A stretch of 64,000 bases of DNA from Mytilus californianus (taxonomy: Eukaryota), in the NCBI RefSeq assembly GCF_021869535.1, contig NW_026262593.1, forward strand, positions 54,002,001 to 54,066,000. Reading direction: 5' to 3'. A program made the position numbers and the translations under genes. The notes under the pieces are model-generated. The model did no database searches. It saw only the letters and a list, made by a program, of their open reading frames with translations, and was not told the origin of the DNA. Within the stretch, counting starts at the first letter, position 1. Each line of letters starts with the position of its first letter. Below are positions 61,401 through 64,000 of the stretch, piece after piece.

Positions 61401-63327
61401 CCCAATTTAAAATATAACAAACCACACCGTTCAATGGATTACCATTACATGCACGTGTATTATAGTAAAAGGTGATTTTTTATTAATCTTATTAATTTTA
61501 AGACATCAACATTATTTGTATTGTCTGTTCTACCTAGGCCTTTTTTTATTTTTGATTGTCCTCTTGGTATATTTCGCCTATTTTTCTACAATACCCTATT
61601 TCTTGCTGCGGTGTTATCCAAGACCTGACATTTGTTTATCCCTCTTATTTGGGCTTGAAAGCTGATACTCATTATCATGTCTTTATTTTTCGGGTTATGA
61701 GAAACGTTTTTGTTACAATACCTAAAACATTGTCAATGAAATAACACTTGATATATTTCGCGAACCTGGAATTTTTTTTTTACCTATACAGATACGCTCA
61801 AATAAAAAAAAATGAAAACCAAACATGTATAAATATATGATATTTAAAGAGATCTATGACCAAAACGAAACTTAAAATACAAGGTTAACTTTGAGGGAGT
61901 AGGAATCATAGTTTCTTTAAAATTTCGTAATTATACATCGGTGAATTTAAGAAAATATACTATAAATCATGTAAATGCTAAATCCCTGACTACTTTGTTT
62001 ACGATATCCTCAGTTTCCCAGCAGGTGTATCGATCCAGAGTTAGTATAATGTAAATAAAAATAACACTTGATAAATTTCGTGCGTCCGAAGCGCTCGTTC
62101 AGTACTCGTATAATAATTTTATTTTTTACTATGGTATATGTCCTGTTCAAAATATGGTTGTGCCGATAAAATATATTGATGGATACATATCTGTTGTAAT
62201 CTCATCATGAGATAGATATTTATGTTAAAATAAGACATTTCTTTCTTAGAAATGTACAAAATACATGCTATACATAATGATTCTCTGAAATCAATGTCTT
62301 ATTTGATTTGAATCATTTTCTTGATATTGACAGACATTGATGATCTCAACCTATGATCTATGACACACATGATAATTGTATCTTTCCTTTCTTTAATTTC
62401 CAATTTCTTTGTAGCAACAGACACCCTGTCACATCGTTTGACGTTTATATATATCTGAATTAACCCGCTACTCGCGTGTATGTTCAGTTAATTAAAAGGA
62501 TTGTAGTCCTGATACATAACACAAACACTTATCTGGCAAAGATTTTGATTTAAAAAGATTAAAACCGACACCACTTATTTTTTTTCAATCACCAATTGGT
62601 TGGCCGATACGATGACTAAGTATCTCAACTCACAAGCAACATGTTTCTTCGGTCCTTTAGATACCAGAAAAGTCGTCTGATCTGTTTTAACTATTTTATC
62701 ATATTACTTTTTTGTGTCATGCAGACTGAATGAGGATTGGCATGACTAGTGGTGCTTGCATAGCAGAAGACGAAACCCTGTCGATGCACTAAGTATTACT
62801 TTCTTTGGAGTTTATTCTATTCCATGCGGTTTTTTTTTATTTGAATTTGTATATTCAAAATTTCTTAACGGGTTTTTCAACATCGGTTTATTAGTCTTGC
62901 ATTTTACTTGGTAATTTGTATTCAATTGGGTTTTTTGTAGCAAAAGTGAAATAAATCTAAAACTAATTTCCTCGGAATTTCTAGACGTTGGCACAATACT
63001 TAATCTACTAAAGAATTCGCCTTAATATATTGATTAAACATTCCATTATCTAATATTTGAACCTTGCTAAAACTCAAATTGAAAGTAGCGATATTCTTTT
63101 CAGTTTACAAATTAGCTTATTATCACAGTTAATAAATTTTTGAAACGCATTGATTCTGTTTTAGCATTAACTGTAATACTATAATATACCTATAAAGTTG
63201 ACAACATAAGACAAATTGTAGCTTCATCAATTGAACTGTCTGCCTTTTAACAAGCTAATCTATTGATTTCGAATTTTACTTTCGGAGAAAGAGGACGTAT
63301 TTTGTGATGTTGGAGTATAAAATCGTC

Positions 63328-63352
63328 ATGCTTCTGATTAGGGTTATTTTTG
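63328..63352 (+). other. Possible short first coding exon of a gene continuing beyond the window
   Basis: ATG CTT CTG ATT AGG GTT ATT TTT G|GTAAGT (MLLIRVIF, hydrophobic, consensus donor); no downstream exon found. Confidence 0.25.
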
Positions 63353-63868
63353 GTAAGTACTTGGTTTTGTTTTTGTCTATTTCTATGATAATTTAATTTC
63401 AGCTAGTTCATATATATGATTTGAAGTTTAAAGCAACTATATGCACAGGATTTATTTGTTTTTACACATTTTTGATTTAGAAGAAAAACCGACATGGTTA
63501 CAAAATACAAATAATTACACCATTACTAATACAATTCTATATTAATATTCTTGTAATGGTTAGAAAATACATAAACTAACACCATTACAAACTTAATCCC
63601 AATTTTATATTCTATTTTTAGAATTTATCTGTGACGTACTTTTTGTGGCGTTGATACATTTGTGTGACGCACAGTTCATTATTTAATTGTGGTGTACTGG
63701 TGTACTGTCGTAAATTAATGGGAGGTGTACGTTGTTATTCTGTGGTTAACATGTTGTAATGTTCTATTATATTATTTATTTATGTATTTCACTGTCTTGA
63801 GTGTTTTTGTGTTTATTTGTATTGTATTCCTGTCACATAATGTTGCCATTTAAGTGGTATTGTTAACA

Positions 63869-63962
63869 TTGCTAGATAAGCGGGAGGTTTGGCTAGCCAT
63901 AAAACCAGGTTCAACCCACTATTTTTTCTTAAAATGTCCTGTACCAAGTCAGGAATATGGCA
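63869..63962 (+). ncRNA. Type-P5 twister ribozyme, subfamily A2
   Basis: P2 CC/GG; G63884-A63885; T1 ACC/GGT; T2 AC/GT; P4 TCCTG/CAGGA; palindrome TGGCTAGCCA; P5 weakened. Predicted cleavage C63912/A63913. Confidence 0.65.
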
Positions 63963-64000
63963 GTTGTTATCAAATAGTCCGTTTCTATGTATGCTGGCGT

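Noticed and set aside
59600-63300. Protein-coding exons in the distal 4 kb
   Set aside because: Only short AT-rich ORFs; no convincing splice-bounded coding segments were seen.

Overview
AT-rich, repeat-dense animal genomic DNA. The repeat families and gene architecture look like a mytilid mussel (inference, not searched). There is one recognisable protein-coding locus: a minus-strand 4-exon gene (27693->~8059) encoding a DZIP3-type HEPN domain, an nSTAND3-type STAND NTPase and roughly 60-66 ankyrin repeats, i.e. an NLR-like receptor with a putative RNase effector. This copy is disrupted by two in-frame TAA stops, at least two frameshifts and a decayed 3' tail. The rest is mobile DNA: Penelope-like (PLE-type) RT fragments and their 3' ends, a Tc1 (DD34E) relic, a Ginger-like non-autonomous element, MITEs, SINE pieces and degenerate tandem arrays. 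The main hidden signal is RNA-level. The most abundant dispersed repeats contain circularly permuted (type-P5) twister ribozyme folds, supported by covariation across subfamilies. Their P1 stem is replaced by two self-complementary palindromes, which suggests dimer-dependent cleavage. In two copies the twister repeat is contiguous with the C-terminus of a PLE-type RT. A separate repeat family carries minimal type-I hammerhead ribozymes. All structures were paired by eye; nothing was folded or searched computationally.
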